Shown here piece after piece: positions 38,151 to 51,243 of a stretch of DNA of 64,000 nucleotides (position 1 is its first letter; the number at the start of each line of letters is the position of its first letter). The notes beneath the pieces were generated by a model. That model saw only the letters and a list, made by a program, of their open reading frames with translations, did not search any database and was not told where the DNA came from. The stretch comes from Dicyema japonicum (lineage: Eukaryota; Animalia; Dicyemida): positions 556,089 through 620,088 of the forward strand of contig RDEW01000023.1 of the NCBI GenBank assembly GCA_011109175.1, in the 5' to 3' direction. The translations under genes were made by a program, and so were the position numbers.

Positions 38151-41100
38151 AAATGGCTGTCTAAAAATTGTTCATCACGTTAGAAGAGGCCTAAAAAGTA
38201 GCAGTAATGGAAAAGATACGAGACTNCCGATCACAAGTCGACAGCAATCTTCGATAAAATTCAGCTAAAAAAACTGTCCATAGAATAGGCCACATTCCAC
38301 ATTTTTTTCCAAGTACGTATAGATTAACCGAAAGCATCAAGTTAACGAGATGAAGGATTCTCCCTGCAGTATAGTCTCATGAATTTTTAATTGTCGGCAT
38401 TTTAGTGTAATCATATCTTCGATTAGTAAATTAATTATTATATTGAGCAACTTTAATGGCTAAGTATTTTACCTTACAAGATAAGACCTCGAAACAATCA
38501 GTCCCACGAGATACTAGTATATTTTAACATGTGTAACGCCCCAAGCAATGTTTCAACCATTAGCGAATGGGAATATCGTTATCCCTTCGGGGCGTTGCCA
38601 TCGCAAAGGAAGAAACTAGTTGTGGCCAGCAGAAAAAGTGCATTTTTTAATGTCAAGTTGTTACCTCGGGGACAGCCATAAATTAGCTTAAAGGATGATA
38701 ACCATCGATTCAGCGTCCACAAATGAATTTTCATTAACACAAAATAAGGTCAAATCGGAGCAAGGTAGCTATTCTCACTGCCTCTTTGTCAGAACGTTGC
38801 CAATTTTACCACATTGATAAACATTCAACCAAGCATTTGTTGAATAATTTCTAGTCGTCTTGAAGCAGACCTTCTAGCATCATATTGCTCTCAAGGAAAT
38901 CTTTCTTTTTCAAAAACATATCTTAATGTGATTTCAGATTAATTCGGTCATTTAGATCATTATGGAAATGTCCTCCTAAACGTCCAGAGATCCTGAAATA
39001 AGAGAAGTGGTAAAGTCAGAATAAACTTATGACATCCACATTTGTTGCGAATAATATTAAGGATACTAATAGCATCTATAGTCATCAAATGTATATTTAA
39101 AATTACTTTAACAGTTGACCTAATTTTACTGTCAAGGAGAAATATGACCTATTTTTACATTCAAGTAAAAAGAACATCGGAGGTTGAAAATCTTTTAGTC
39201 CTGATAGATCGATATGTAGCCAAAATCGCACAAAAAATTATTTTGTCATTAATTGATTACCTTATTCGATTTTTTAATATTTCACATAAAATCAATTCGA
39301 GAGAGCGAATGTTGGTCATTCGTTACTTGGAAGAATATCATCTATTTGATTCTAAAGAAGGCAATAGATTCTCTTATCATTCTCAGGCTAACTAATTCAT
39401 ACTGCTTGTGTTGACTTCACGTCTAATCCTCCAAAATTAGACTAATTTAATTAACTTGCAGTACTCTTGTCTTAAAAAAATAATTTTATTTACCCTGCAG
39501 TACTCTTGTCTAATAAAGAATTAGCTATCATCATTCTTCTAAAACAAAATCCAGGTAATCCGCATATCTTAGTTCCTAGATAAAAGTAGGACAATTTTTA
39601 GCTCTCAAATTACGAAGAGCAGCTTCCAGATAGACAACAAAAGAATTGGTTATTGTAAGTCAAGTTCTGAAGTGTCAATGTGTGTAGCCTATTATCAGAT
39701 TCACTTAAAATTTGATTTTTGCGCAAATTGACCTGTAATTAAACATTATTCAAATGGTATTAAACTTTTTGACACAATTTTTAAACATTTTGATAAGGTT
39801 ACTAAACATTAAAAAAAAGTTATTAAACATTTTTGACAAATTTATTAAACTTTATGGTAAAATTATTAAACAAATCGGAAAACCATGTCAATTGTGTGAA
39901 TTTAATTAAATTATTTTTTAATTTTATTTTTTTAATCCAACACTTTATTTAATAAAATTATTATTAATTATGACGACTGTATTTCATGTAGTAATTTTTA
40001 TTTCTTGTGGTTATCGTATATTCATTATTTTGGTATTTAATCTTATAGATGTTCACTTTTTTCGTGTTAAACTTGTCATTTGATATTTTGACATCACAGA
40101 ATTTATGCAAAAACGAATTAATAATGTATGAAACAATGTATTAAATATAAATTATTAAGATATTGGATTAATTGTACATATTCGATAACTGGCCTACCTG
40201 ATTTTAAAGTAGTTTCATTATTCGTTAAAAATATTAAAATTAAACCTGATGTCAACTTTTCATTATTGGGAATGGAGTTAGATGCTTTGTAATTATTATT
40301 AAATATTCATAGTCGATGTAGTTATAATGATGAAAGTTTAAAAACTGTAGACAACAAAACATTACCACCTACTATTAAGTACATGTTACATATTTTTTTA
40401 AAATTATAGAGATTTTCAATACTGTGATTTCCTCAAATTCATATCGATCGAATTTGCGGAAAATTTATCAATGCTTATCTATATGTAGTTTTTTTGTAAT
40501 TAATGTAGATCTTTTCCTCTAGGAATAAATGTTATTCAACTTTTTAAAGTTATTCCCAACATTGTTTATATAAATAAGTATTTTTAATAATAATAATAAT
40601 ATAGTGTTATCGTTTGCACTGATTCATTCGATAATCCTAAGGCGTATGATATTATATTTAGTATAGATATAAAGAAGTATCTAGTATACAAAAAATTCTC
40701 AAAGATATTAAATTGTATATGTCGAAAGTAATATATTTAGAAAAAACGGCTGGTGGACAAGTGAATTAAGTAATTAATAATGTTATTTCAGTCTGCAGTG
40801 CCAATAAAAACAAGTATAATGTACTTGGAACTTGCGGAGTTAAATTTAACATTTAACTAACTTAATCGTTCATTTTTCAGGGATATAAATTGTGTTAATT
40901 ACTTCAAATTTATTAAGTTTTAATTAATATCCTGGTTGGGCAACTGAATCACACAGCTATATTCTTGTCTCTAAAAGAATTATTTCACTTCAAAAAACGA
41001 TTACAGAAAGAATCGACTTAGATAAGTGTTAAAGAACGGACGGTTTTCCTCAGATTTATGCAGAACGACGTAAGCATTATCCTAATTAATCACATAAGGA

Positions 41101-41749
41101 CTTAAACTATTAGCTTTACTCACACACGAATACTCTCAAATGAAAAGGAATATGTTCAAACAGTTGAGAAAGATGATGGGACTATAGACTCATATGGAAC
41201 ATCTTCATTTTACTGCGAATAGTGCAATTTAAACCAAAATAGAGTTGTCTAATAAAATATTTTGACCTGAAGGGTTTATGCAACATTTTTCGAAAGACTC
41301 CGAAATTGATCAAAACACTCGCTGAAGACAAAGACGTTTATCTTCCCTCCTATAAAGAACTCAGTAAAACGAAGCACAAAATTAATAAAAACCAACCATA
41401 CCCTCTTTCTAGAACACCAATTCGGGTAACCCTTATCGAATACTCAAAAACAAAACCAAACATAACTAGATCCTTCTCCACAAACATACAGGTACACAGT
41501 GACAGCTTGAATCACACCAAGTTCAACTTGAGAATGAAATGCGCACAACATCTACGCCACGAGCTCCAGCACCACATTGAAGGTCCGTCTTACACTAACT
41601 TGAATCTGCCAAATCGTAACTAATGTGTAGTTCAGAATGTAATTCAGCGGGGAAGTCCTCAGAAAGATGATCTTTGAGAATTTCTTTTGAATAATTAACT
41701 ATTGTTGTTCCGTTCACTCAAATCCTTGAAATCCAGTATAAAAAAACAC

Positions 41750-42130
41750 TCTACCAAGAATTTAAAAAACTTTGATTTGAAAGACCATCGAGCAGTGGAG
41801 ATCCAAGAAGTTGAGGATTTTTTAGTAGAAGAACTAATTTGAAGGACAAACTTGAAGCGTCGGTGATTTGATATTTCCCATGTATATAATCTTTCAGTCT
41901 GTTTGATGGCTTTTTTCTGAGTTGCGGAGATTTTCTGAGTTTTCGTATAAAAGGCCAGTGGTCCCCATGAAGTACACGAATATGAAATGCATGGTTTAAT
42001 GTACTGTTAGTATAGCGTTTTATGTATAGGGTGATGTCCAATTTTCCACAGACCTGTTAGGCATTTCTTTTCACATTTGTTCAGCACGTTAGTATTGAAA
42101 GTCAGACCCAATTGTTTTTGATGATGGAAA
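41750..42130 (-). mobile_element. Ingi-like post-RT fragment
   Basis: KTLY*QYIKPCISYSCTSWGP...TQKKAIK. Confidence 0.55.
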
Positions 42131-43425
42131 ATTAATCTAAATTAATGGAAATCATTTTTTGTGATGTAGTAAAATTTTTAATGAGTTAATTCTTTATTCT
42201 TGGTGGTCTTGTGGTTTTAAAATAAATTAAGTGGACTTTGATATGGTATTAAGGGAAAGATGGTGGTCCCAGCAAAAGGTTTCGCCGCTTAAAAAGGAAA
42301 ATGGTCATCCCATAGGATGTTTCCCCAATTAAAGGACTGGTTTGACCAAAGAAGGGTGTTTGGCATCATCCATAGATCGTCTAAAGATTTCTTTCAACGC
42401 CGTGTGTTGTAGATTTTATAGAGATCTCCTAACATTGCAAGTTCTTTAACAAACTAGGAAAACTGAGGTCATTTCACTTAAACATCAACCCTTCTACTCC
42501 TACTGAGGTTTTCAATAAAATTGTTTTATAAAAATAAGGATGTGAACTTTGAATGGATTCAGAAAATGTTATTTTTTGATCACATGTATACAAAATAGGG
42601 TCAACTGCAAGTAATTGGAAAAAGGAAGTGGCGAGTTCTTACGAGCCCTCCAATGGTCAACATTCGCTCGGAACCGATCTGCTAGAGAGAATTGTGTTTT
42701 CCAAGATTATTCAAGGAACAGAAGTAGTCATGAGTGTAGGCTTTTTTGTCAGCATCTTAGCATTAAGAGAAGTTATTAGTTATTTTAGCAAACAATTTGG
42801 AGGGATTGTAGATGAATATATTCTTTGGCTATATCACTTCATTAATATTGTTGATTGTAATTTTACTTCAATTGTGATTGTGAAAATTGCCGTTTGCTAA
42901 CTTGAGAAGTAAAGCGCCATAAGACCAAGAGTATGTGCAATGAGTATCAGACATTGGGGCTAGTCATGAAGAAAACTTAATATCAACATAGAAGGGGACG
43001 TTCACGCAGCTGTATTAGTAGTTTCTTGTGACGAATCACTGTTGAAGCCGTGCCGAAAAGTCTTGGAGTTACTGAGAAGGAGGCAATCTGCTCCACCACC
43101 GAACCAGCGGAACTTGACAATGCTAGAAGACTTCCCGGCTTTTACTCCCACTGAATGTGAAGTATGTATATCAGGATATTTCTTCAACCATTTCAGCTCT
43201 AAACCAATTGGGTTTAAGTGTCAATGTTATGAAGTCGAAAGTGATCAATATTTCCTGCTCATATCCAAGCATTTCTACTGCCTGCCAAGAAATCAGATCC
43301 TAACTTCCATGTTTTAGCACATCCTTCTTGGACAAGGCACACATCCTCGGCTACCCTCTCGGAAACGACGAGCTAAAAAACTGCTCAACCAGTAAGCATA
43401 ATGAAGTTGAAGCCTTTACAAAAAG

Positions 43426-44246
43426 NNNNNNNNNNNNNNNNNNNNNNNNNNNNNNNNNNNNNNNNNNNNNNNNNNNNNNNNNNNNNNNNNNNNNNNNNNN
43501 NNNNNNNNNNNNNNNNNNNNNNNNNNNNNNNNNNNNNNNNNNNNNNNNNNNNNNNNNNNNNNNNNNNNNNNNNNNNNNNNNNNNNNNNNNNNNNNNNNNN
43601 NNNNNNNNNNNNNNNNNNNNNNNNNNNNNNNNNNNNNNNNNNNNNNNNNNNNNNNNNNNNNNNNNNNNNNNNNNNNNNNNNNNNNNNNNNNNNNNNNNNN
43701 NNNNNNNNNNNNNNNNNNNNNNNNNNNNNNNNNNNNNNNNNNNNNNNNNNNNNNNNNNNNNNNNNNNNNNNNNNNNNNNNNNNNNNNNNNNNNNNNNNNN
43801 NNNNNNNNNNNNNNNNNNNNNNNNNNNNNNNNNNNNNNNNNNNNNNNNNNNNNNNNNNNNNNNNNNNNNNNNNNNNNNNNNNNNNNNNNNNNNNNNNNNN
43901 NNNNNNNNNNNNNNNNNNNNNNNNNNNNNNNNNNNNNNNNNNNNNNNNNNNNNNNNNNNNNNNNNNNNNNNNNNNNNNNNNNNNNNNNNNNNNNNNNNNN
44001 NNNNNNNNNNNNNNNNNNNNNNNNNNNNNNNNNNNNNNNNNNNNNNNNNNNNNNNNNNNNNNNNNNNNNNNNNNNNNNNNNNNNNNNNNNNNNNNNNNNN
44101 NNNNNNNNNNNNNNNNNNNNNNNNNNNNNNNNNNNNNNNNNNNNNNNNNNNNNNNNNNNNNNNNNNNNNNNNNNNNNNNNNNNNNNNNNNNNNNNNNNNN
44201 NNNNNNNNNNNNNNNNNNNNNNNNNNNNNNNNNNNNNNNNNNNNNA
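43426..44246. other. Assembly gap (N); a second gap lies at 7358-7467
   Basis: Runs of N with near-identical sequence duplicated on both flanks. Confidence 0.95.
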
Positions 44247-44530
44247 AATCAGATCCTAACTTCCATGTTTTAGCACATCCTTCTTGGACAAGGCACACAT
44301 CCTCGGCTACTTTCTCGGAAACGACGAGCTGGAAAACTGCTCTACCAGTAAGGATAATGAAGTTGAAGCCTTTACAAAAAGAGTATCATCTTTATCCACA
44401 TTGTCGTTCTTATTGCTCAAGGAATGTATTTCCATGTCGAAGTTGATGTAAATTTTTTAAATGTTCACCATGTTTTGAACATCGGAAAGCACTATCGTCG
44501 GCTGATGGGACTCTGAGACGATCGGCGGAG

Positions 44531-45048
44531 TCAATACTGAATGTCAAATTCGATGATCTGAGGTAAACTAAGCTCCTTTAAGAGTTTCCGTTTTAATTCG
44601 ATTAAAAGATTTTCAATGGGCTGGATATTGTGTTCTGGTACAATTATCCTTATTGCGGTCTCCTCGGTTGCGGATAGTTTCAATGAGGAGGATCGTGAAA
44701 TCTGCATTGCCCACGAAGGACTTGCATACGTCATCGTGGGTCAGATAAATTGTACATAAATCGTGGCAAGGCCACAGCAGAAGTTACTATGTTATCATCA
44801 TGTCGGATAAAAATGAGTCCCTGATCGAAGGTGACTCCCAGAATCTTCGGTGTTTTGTAGATTAAAATAGCCTCGTTTATTGTAAAGAATTTTAAATCTA
44901 CACAGAGCTGTCTTTTGTAAGTGGTAATCAGCGTGACAGAAGACTTTGTTGATGATGCCTCGACTCTTCGCTTCGAGAGCCATAGTTCCAATTTGTCAAG
45001 TATTTGTTGAGCGGACTGAGTCGCTGATTGAGATTCGATATCCGACAT
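44531..45048 (-). mobile_element. APE-type LINE RT C-terminal fragment
   Basis: LELWLSKRRVEASSTKS...PKILGVTFD; MTYASPSWAMQIS. Confidence 0.65.
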
Positions 45049-45929
45049 GAATAAGTTGAATAATTTAATTTTTTTAAATTAAAAAATGGTTTCTATAAAA
45101 ATGTTTTGTTTTTAAATTAACTTCATTAGTTTTAAGATGTTATTCTATCCAAAAAAATATTTTATAGGCCCCTAAACCACTATAGATTATGCTGTTCACG
45201 GCAACATGTCTGAGAAACTTTTGAAAATTCTATTTTTAAAATTTCTTTATTAGTCGAATCATAAATGACAAATACAGAAAAATTGGATTACATGAGCTTA
45301 ATTCACCATGAGACTAAGAAAAACTGAATATCATTTTATCCACATGCAGCCTCCACTTCCTTTTGATAATAGAACATGGAACCAGCTAGCCAAATGGTTA
45401 ATTAAAGGTTAAAGTGGTAAGGTACCATATTGTATAAAATTTCACTTCATGATGGATGAAAGCCATTTTCTTTCTTTTTTACGTAGCCATAAAGACAGTT
45501 ACAGAGACTCAAGAGACTGCGAAATGCGTGGTCACTAATGAGAGACATAAATTTTGTTATCTTCAATAACTACCAGGACAAAGAAATTGGGGAACTAAAG
45601 TTGATTTAAAACAACTCAAGAAAAATCTCTTTACAGTTGAAAAGCTATCTCTGGGCACAAAAAATAATCAACTTACACGTGTCATTCGAACTTTAAAAAA
45701 AACAAAATACTGGATTTGAATAAAGATTTTAGAAAATGTTACAAATAGGAGTTTTGCAGAAAAAATGAGTAACAAAGACTCAAAGTGGCTGAATCTCACG
45801 TTGGATTTTTTTCTAAAGAACGGCTAAAAATATACGACTATAGATTTTGAAGATTCCAGGCTCAAAGTTATTAAAGAGCTGAGATCGTTGAAATATATAT
45901 TGACTGGGTTATGACAGTCTACAAAGTTA

Positions 45930-46220
45930 GTTAAAGCCAATCCGCGCTACCAGTAAACACTGTTCATGGTTTCGCTTGTGCCATGTTTTTTGACTATCCT
46001 TTCCGTTAGTCTTCTCCATCCCTTTCGTTGTCGTGCTCGTCTCCTGATCTCGTCCAGATCATCCGCATCCATCAGTCGGCCCCCAATCACTGCGTAATCC
46101 TCCGCAAATGTCCTGGGAAGACAACTTCTTAGACGTCCTCTGAATGTAGAAGATTAAGTATGGCCGAAAAATTATTCCATGGCGGCATTGTATGGTGTTC
46201 CACACTGTACATCTTCAAAA
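45930..46220 (-). mobile_element. RTE-like 3' fragment
   Basis: DLDEIRRRARQRKGWRRL, like the C-termini of the other RTE copies. Confidence 0.5.
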
Positions 46221-47149
46221 TAATTGAGTAGTCAAATATCATTAGAATTTGGATTCGAGGAGTATTAAAAAGTTTTTCTAAATAAAGCCTAAAGTCTGCA
46301 TAATAATTTGTTTATAAAAATCACGGCAAAAGTGAATACTTCCATAGACTTCCTTGCTTTTATTGTGGTATATCTAAAATCTAAGAACTTTCAAAAAGCC
46401 ACATCTCATCAAGGATTCTGAAAATATGTAGTAAAATTTTTTAAAAAACTTCAGAGATAAATGATATAGTTCAGGCAGTGGTTTGGTTGAGGATCACTGT
46501 TAGTTCATACACCTTCCTTGTGTTCTTAGGATTTCAAGATGATCGACTATGACATCGTTTTCTTTTGAAATGTCTTTTGCTCATTTCCACGAGTAAATGA
46601 GAAATCTTAATTATATTTATTAAAAGAACAGCTCTTGCATTAACATTCTCAGATTAGTATGCTGCGTATTAAATGGGATCTTTCGAGTTCATTGAAAACT
46701 GTTAGCTATTCCAGGTACCCCAGAAACAAGACATCGAAGAAGGAGAAGATAAGGAACCAGCTGGCAAAAAACAATGTGCATACCTTCTGATAATCATTAT
46801 TCCAAGTAGTTAGCGGAACCAGCGCTGCTTTCGAGCATCCCCCAGCATGGACGAGATTGCACTTATAATCTCTATTGGAATCGAATCAAAGTAAACACTG
46901 TATATCCAGTATATACAGAACATGCAGAATTTTCATTTTCATAGTATTTAATGGTTGTCACCCTCAGTACTAAAAAAATAGTATTCTGGATAATTCAGAT
47001 TTTTCTGAGTTGAATGGTGTAATTTTTAGTTAAAATCGTTAATATTTTAAAATTATAAAGTTTACTCAAATGAATAGTGTGCCATTTTTATGATATTTTA
47101 TTATTTTTTAATTAACAAAAATTTTATTAATATTTAAAATTAAAAAAAT

Positions 47150-47560
47150 ACTTGATGCACGAGCTTATGGTGGATCGATTATCGACAGCGACCACAAAAT
47201 GGTTATTGCTAGACTTTCTCTAAAAAGACTTATGGTACTACAAAGAACGAAACGGAAGCACATTGAAACCACAGAACCCAACTATAGACGTTATAATTTG
47301 GAATCCTTAATCAGTCAATCAGAAGGGGCCCTAGNTTATTTTATTTCTGCAAATGGTTCAGGTTGAACATAAATGAGTTGCGCTAGATATCGAATCAGTA
47401 TAAAAAAAAACCTAACAAATGCCGACGACCTGGACAGCATGAGAGCCTTGGCTAGGAACAGGGGAGCATGGAAAAGGATGACATCTAACCTTGTTTCTTT
47501 TGCTGCACATGCGGGGCTATAATTAGTATGGCTCTTGTGAAGTGCTTAAATAAATAATAA
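47150..47560 (+). mobile_element. RTE-like LINE: APE end joined across an N to a young 3' end
   Basis: ARAYGGSIIDSDHKMVIARL; 47410-47560 is near-identical to the reverse complement of 13595-13745. Confidence 0.75.
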
Positions 47561-47779
47561 TAGATATCGAATATCTAAAAATGGATTTCTTGTTCCTTCG
47601 CTTTCCAGATAGTGTAAACAGCGTATTTGGACACATGCCCTATTGCTATTGATAGAACTGAAACAACAATAGTATTTTTGTCTATTAATTAGTAAAGTGA
47701 ACATAATTTTGCTCATTTGATCGTTCATTCAGTTATCTAATAAAAAAGATCTACAATTTAACCCGTGACGAATTTCCAA

Positions 47780-48660
47780 ATGATGTGAAGAAATGTGTCT
47801 TATGTCAGACCTAAAGGCTATCTGAGACGAGGCCTCCAATTACGGCAATTATTGCTGAATATCTGCGTGTTAGATGATCTGATGGATCAGAGAAGATATT
47901 CCTGATTGAACAACGGATATTCTTGGGTAATTGTTTTTAATTTTACATTTAGATTTTTGTAATGGTCGATTCTTTTTCAATTTTGCAATGGTAGATATGG
48001 ATAAACTAAACAGCTTAAGAAATATCTCAGATTTTCCATCAATTTGTTTACATCCATGGATCACCTATTATATTTCAAACAGAAAATGGTCTAGAGTTCA
48101 AAAACTCTTTTCTCAGGGATATTTGAGGTTAAATATTAAACATATTTGTGGAAGACCTCGAGCACGTGGGTTAAAGGTCAGGTTGAGAGGTATAATTTAT
48201 ATAACAACGTATAGGTTAAATCAATCTCTAATAAATGGTTATCGTTTCAGCTATGAAGGAACTTTTGGAAAATATAGACTTTGTGATATGTATTCATTAC
48301 AACATTACAAATCATGGGATAACAAAACATTATCCGTTCAACACATTTATGGGATTATCCGCCACTAATTTCTGATGAATGATTTAATGCAGTATGAAGA
48401 TGAAGACTTTTCGTTGTCAAGGGACTCTTGATCGAAGATATATTTTGTTAGCTCTGAAAAAAACTGCGTAAGAAAAGAAGCATGAAAATGATGAGGAATC
48501 ATTGAATGTAGGAGATAGAGTTATACGGATGGATTGTGATTTCAATCAATCAACAAAAAGATGTTTTATATGGCACTTGGACACTACAATTTATCAAGTA
48601 GTGGACATGCTGCATGTAGATGGTAGTAACTTGCAAACAATGATTGTCGAAGCAGAATAA
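47780..48660 (+). pseudogene. Unidentified host-like gene (includes ORF 47931-48368), probably decayed
   Basis: 26-nt GT-AG intron candidate at about 47927-47952 joins IFLIEQRIFL to DFCNGRFF; stops in flanking frames. Confidence 0.3.
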
Positions 48661-49513
48661 AAAGATTGATTTTAATGTCTATTCTAGAATGTTTATCTTT
48701 TTTGGCTTAATATGGAGATTAGATTTAGTTGTTGATTAAGAATGAAAGTAGGTATTGATTATGGTTGAGACTACACTTAGGTATGTTTAGGAAACGGATT
48801 AGAGATTGACAAGTGAAGGGTTATTGTCAAGGTTAGGGGTCAAAGTTAGGGTTAGAGATATAGATTAACTATTGATTGGTAGCCAACTAATATAATCCAT
48901 TTCCTCCTTTCGATAAGTTATCCATAAGCTTCAGCAAGATCAATGGTCTACTTCCAATAAATCCTGATGTATCGACGCCGACTGGTTTAAAAATGAACTG
49001 TCCACCAAGACAGGACAATATGCCATTAATATTATTCCAAATAAGTATTATTTATAGTTTAATAGAAATAAATATTATTTGATTCCTTCTTAACATCTCC
49101 ATTCTTAATATTATTAAAACAATTGAAATAAATAGTATTCCTACAGGTTCGTGGAAAAAGCTGAGATGGCCAGAAGGAAGAAATAAAAAAAGCTTCTAGA
49201 CAGGTTCACGTTCCGAATTGTCGTGGTTGAGATAACTGGATGAATTGCGAAAAATTGTTTCACTTTCCAAAAAATATGGACGTCTGGTTACAATCAAAAG
49301 TCATGAAGTACGTGAGGCACAGAGGCTTCTGCAGTTTGTTTCCGTCGTCGTAGAGATGTCAATTAATCGACGGAGAGCATCCAACTATTTATTAAAAGTT
49401 ATAATAAAAAGTTGTTTTCTCAAATTAATACAATTGAATCGACGCCTGCTTTGTACACAAAACAAGATGTTTTCTGATTTTTTTATAGGCAATTAAAATA
49501 AATAAGGTGTGGT

Positions 49514-50495
49514 GTGATCAACAAAAATCTCATGGAAAATAAAGAACGAAAAGAAGACAAAGTACGAGGAACAAATCCAGTACGGACAAATCAGGTATGT
49601 TCTTTATGTGGACAATCGAATATCAGGAAATATGGGATTAACTGCACACAATGTGAATCATTCGCCCATCTGGGCTGCATAAAAATGAGTAAAGCTTGCG
49701 TCGAGACGCTGCCGACTCAACTTATCCGGGAAACTGAAACGAAACATAATGAATTTTAGCTGTCATAACATACACACAATACTTGAACATCCACTTAATG
49801 TCAATGAGGTCGAAACCAGAGGAGCATACATCAAAGATGCCCCCAACAAACTAAAGGAGAGAATAAACCGGAAACTTCTGGAAGGCGACGTGCGGGCAGC
49901 CTTACTGGTTATCACATCCGATGACACAGTATTGTCTTGTACACTCGAGGTCCTAAATACCTTAATACTAAAGCATCCAGATGCACCGATTGACTATGAA
50001 AAGTTTTTGAATCCTGAAGGAACCCAGGAGATAATCATTACTGAATCCGAAGTGCGGCACGGAATAACTTCCTTCGCGGCTAGCAGCGGTGAAGGCTTGG
50101 AAGGGTTACGTCCAGGCCATATTAAGGACCTTACGTTTACTTACACCTCGGAAGCTGGACACTGTCTTGTCAAATCAATTACGGACCTAATCAGAAAAAT
50201 GGTTAACGGCGACATCCCAAAATATGCCAGAGAATTGCTCTTCTCTGCAAGGCTTCTTGCTTTCAAAAAACCCAACGGAGGAATCCGCCCCATTGCGGTC
50301 GGGAACTATTTTAGAAGACTTGCGGCAAAAGTAGCATCGACCATGGTGAGCCGACAACTCGGAGAGGAGTTCTTTCCTAAACAAATGGGTGTTAGTATCC
50401 AGAACGGATGTGAGGTTGCGGTTTATGCAGCAAGTTATCGTCGCATTGGTGAGTACATTTTTTCACAGATTAATAGAATTGATGGTGGAGAATAG
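49514..50495 (+). mobile_element. CRE-like retrotransposon 5' portion with PHD-like finger and RT N-terminus
   Basis: CSLC...CTQCESFAHLGC; RKLLEGDVRAAL; GLEGLRPGHIKDL; KKPNGGIRPIAVGNYFRRLAAK; QMGVSIQNGCE. Confidence 0.8.
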
Positions 50496-51243
50496 ATCCT
50501 AGCAAACTGTGTAGCAAACTCAACTGCAGTTTTGTGAGCTCTCATTTTCGCTATCTCCACAATCTATTAAAATGTATTTCCAAATCACTAACTTTTGATT
50601 TTCGGAAATACAATTACGTTTTGGTCTCCCCGTTCGTGATGTAGACGAATCTTCATTTTGCGGAATTTTTACCTTCCAAAAGAATTCTGAACAGGGGATC
50701 CTAACTTGCAGATCTTTACCACACGGCATTCTTTCAAGGAACTAGCTGAAACGAGGATATCTATGCGCTTCATGAGGGATTCATCAATGAACAAAAAATT
50801 TGAGTCATTTATCTGTTGATTGGAGTGTTAATGATTATTTACCTCTGACAAAATGCGAAGTAGTTCTTGTCTGGCTAAATATAGCGAAACTCGAAAATCC
50901 ATTAGATTTTACACATCAACCAAATACGTATGTATTCAAATATTTGAATTTAAATTTAATGTAGATGGATAAATAAATAAAAAATTTGAATTTAAATTTA
51001 ATGTAGATGGATAAATAAATAAAAAAAAGCATGCAACGTGCTTTCGATTCGGTGGCGTTAAAACTCTCTCGAGTTTGTATAAATGTTGAAAGGAAAAAAG
51101 GAGAAGGGTCACTTGCGTTACCTGATGATATGAATATAATTCTTTCCATATCCGAGAGCGTTGTGGCAGCTGACCCAAAAGAATGGTCGAGGCAGGTAGT
51201 CCTGCTGGTACGTAGCCGAATACCCTGGAATGGTTAGCCATAC

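Noticed and set aside
38620-38670. LTLKNALFLLATTS resembling a DIRS tyrosine recombinase motif
   Set aside because: The catalytic Arg and other recombinase motifs are absent
39042-39395. 117-aa ORF and other 60-130 aa track ORFs (for example 17703, 19810, 36101, 41306, 42628)
   Set aside because: No recognisable motifs; many are antisense to transposon remnants or lie in low-complexity AT-rich DNA
43328-44446. Long ORFs of 290-372 aa in the track
   Set aside because: They only span the N gap
44480-44540. Pseudoknot-like pairings resembling an HDV-like ribozyme
   Set aside because: The P3/L3 segment is too short, P2 is mismatched, and it is antisense to a LINE coding remnant
48820-48860. 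A few TTAGGG-like units (also near 34980)
   Set aside because: Too few and too degenerate for a telomeric array
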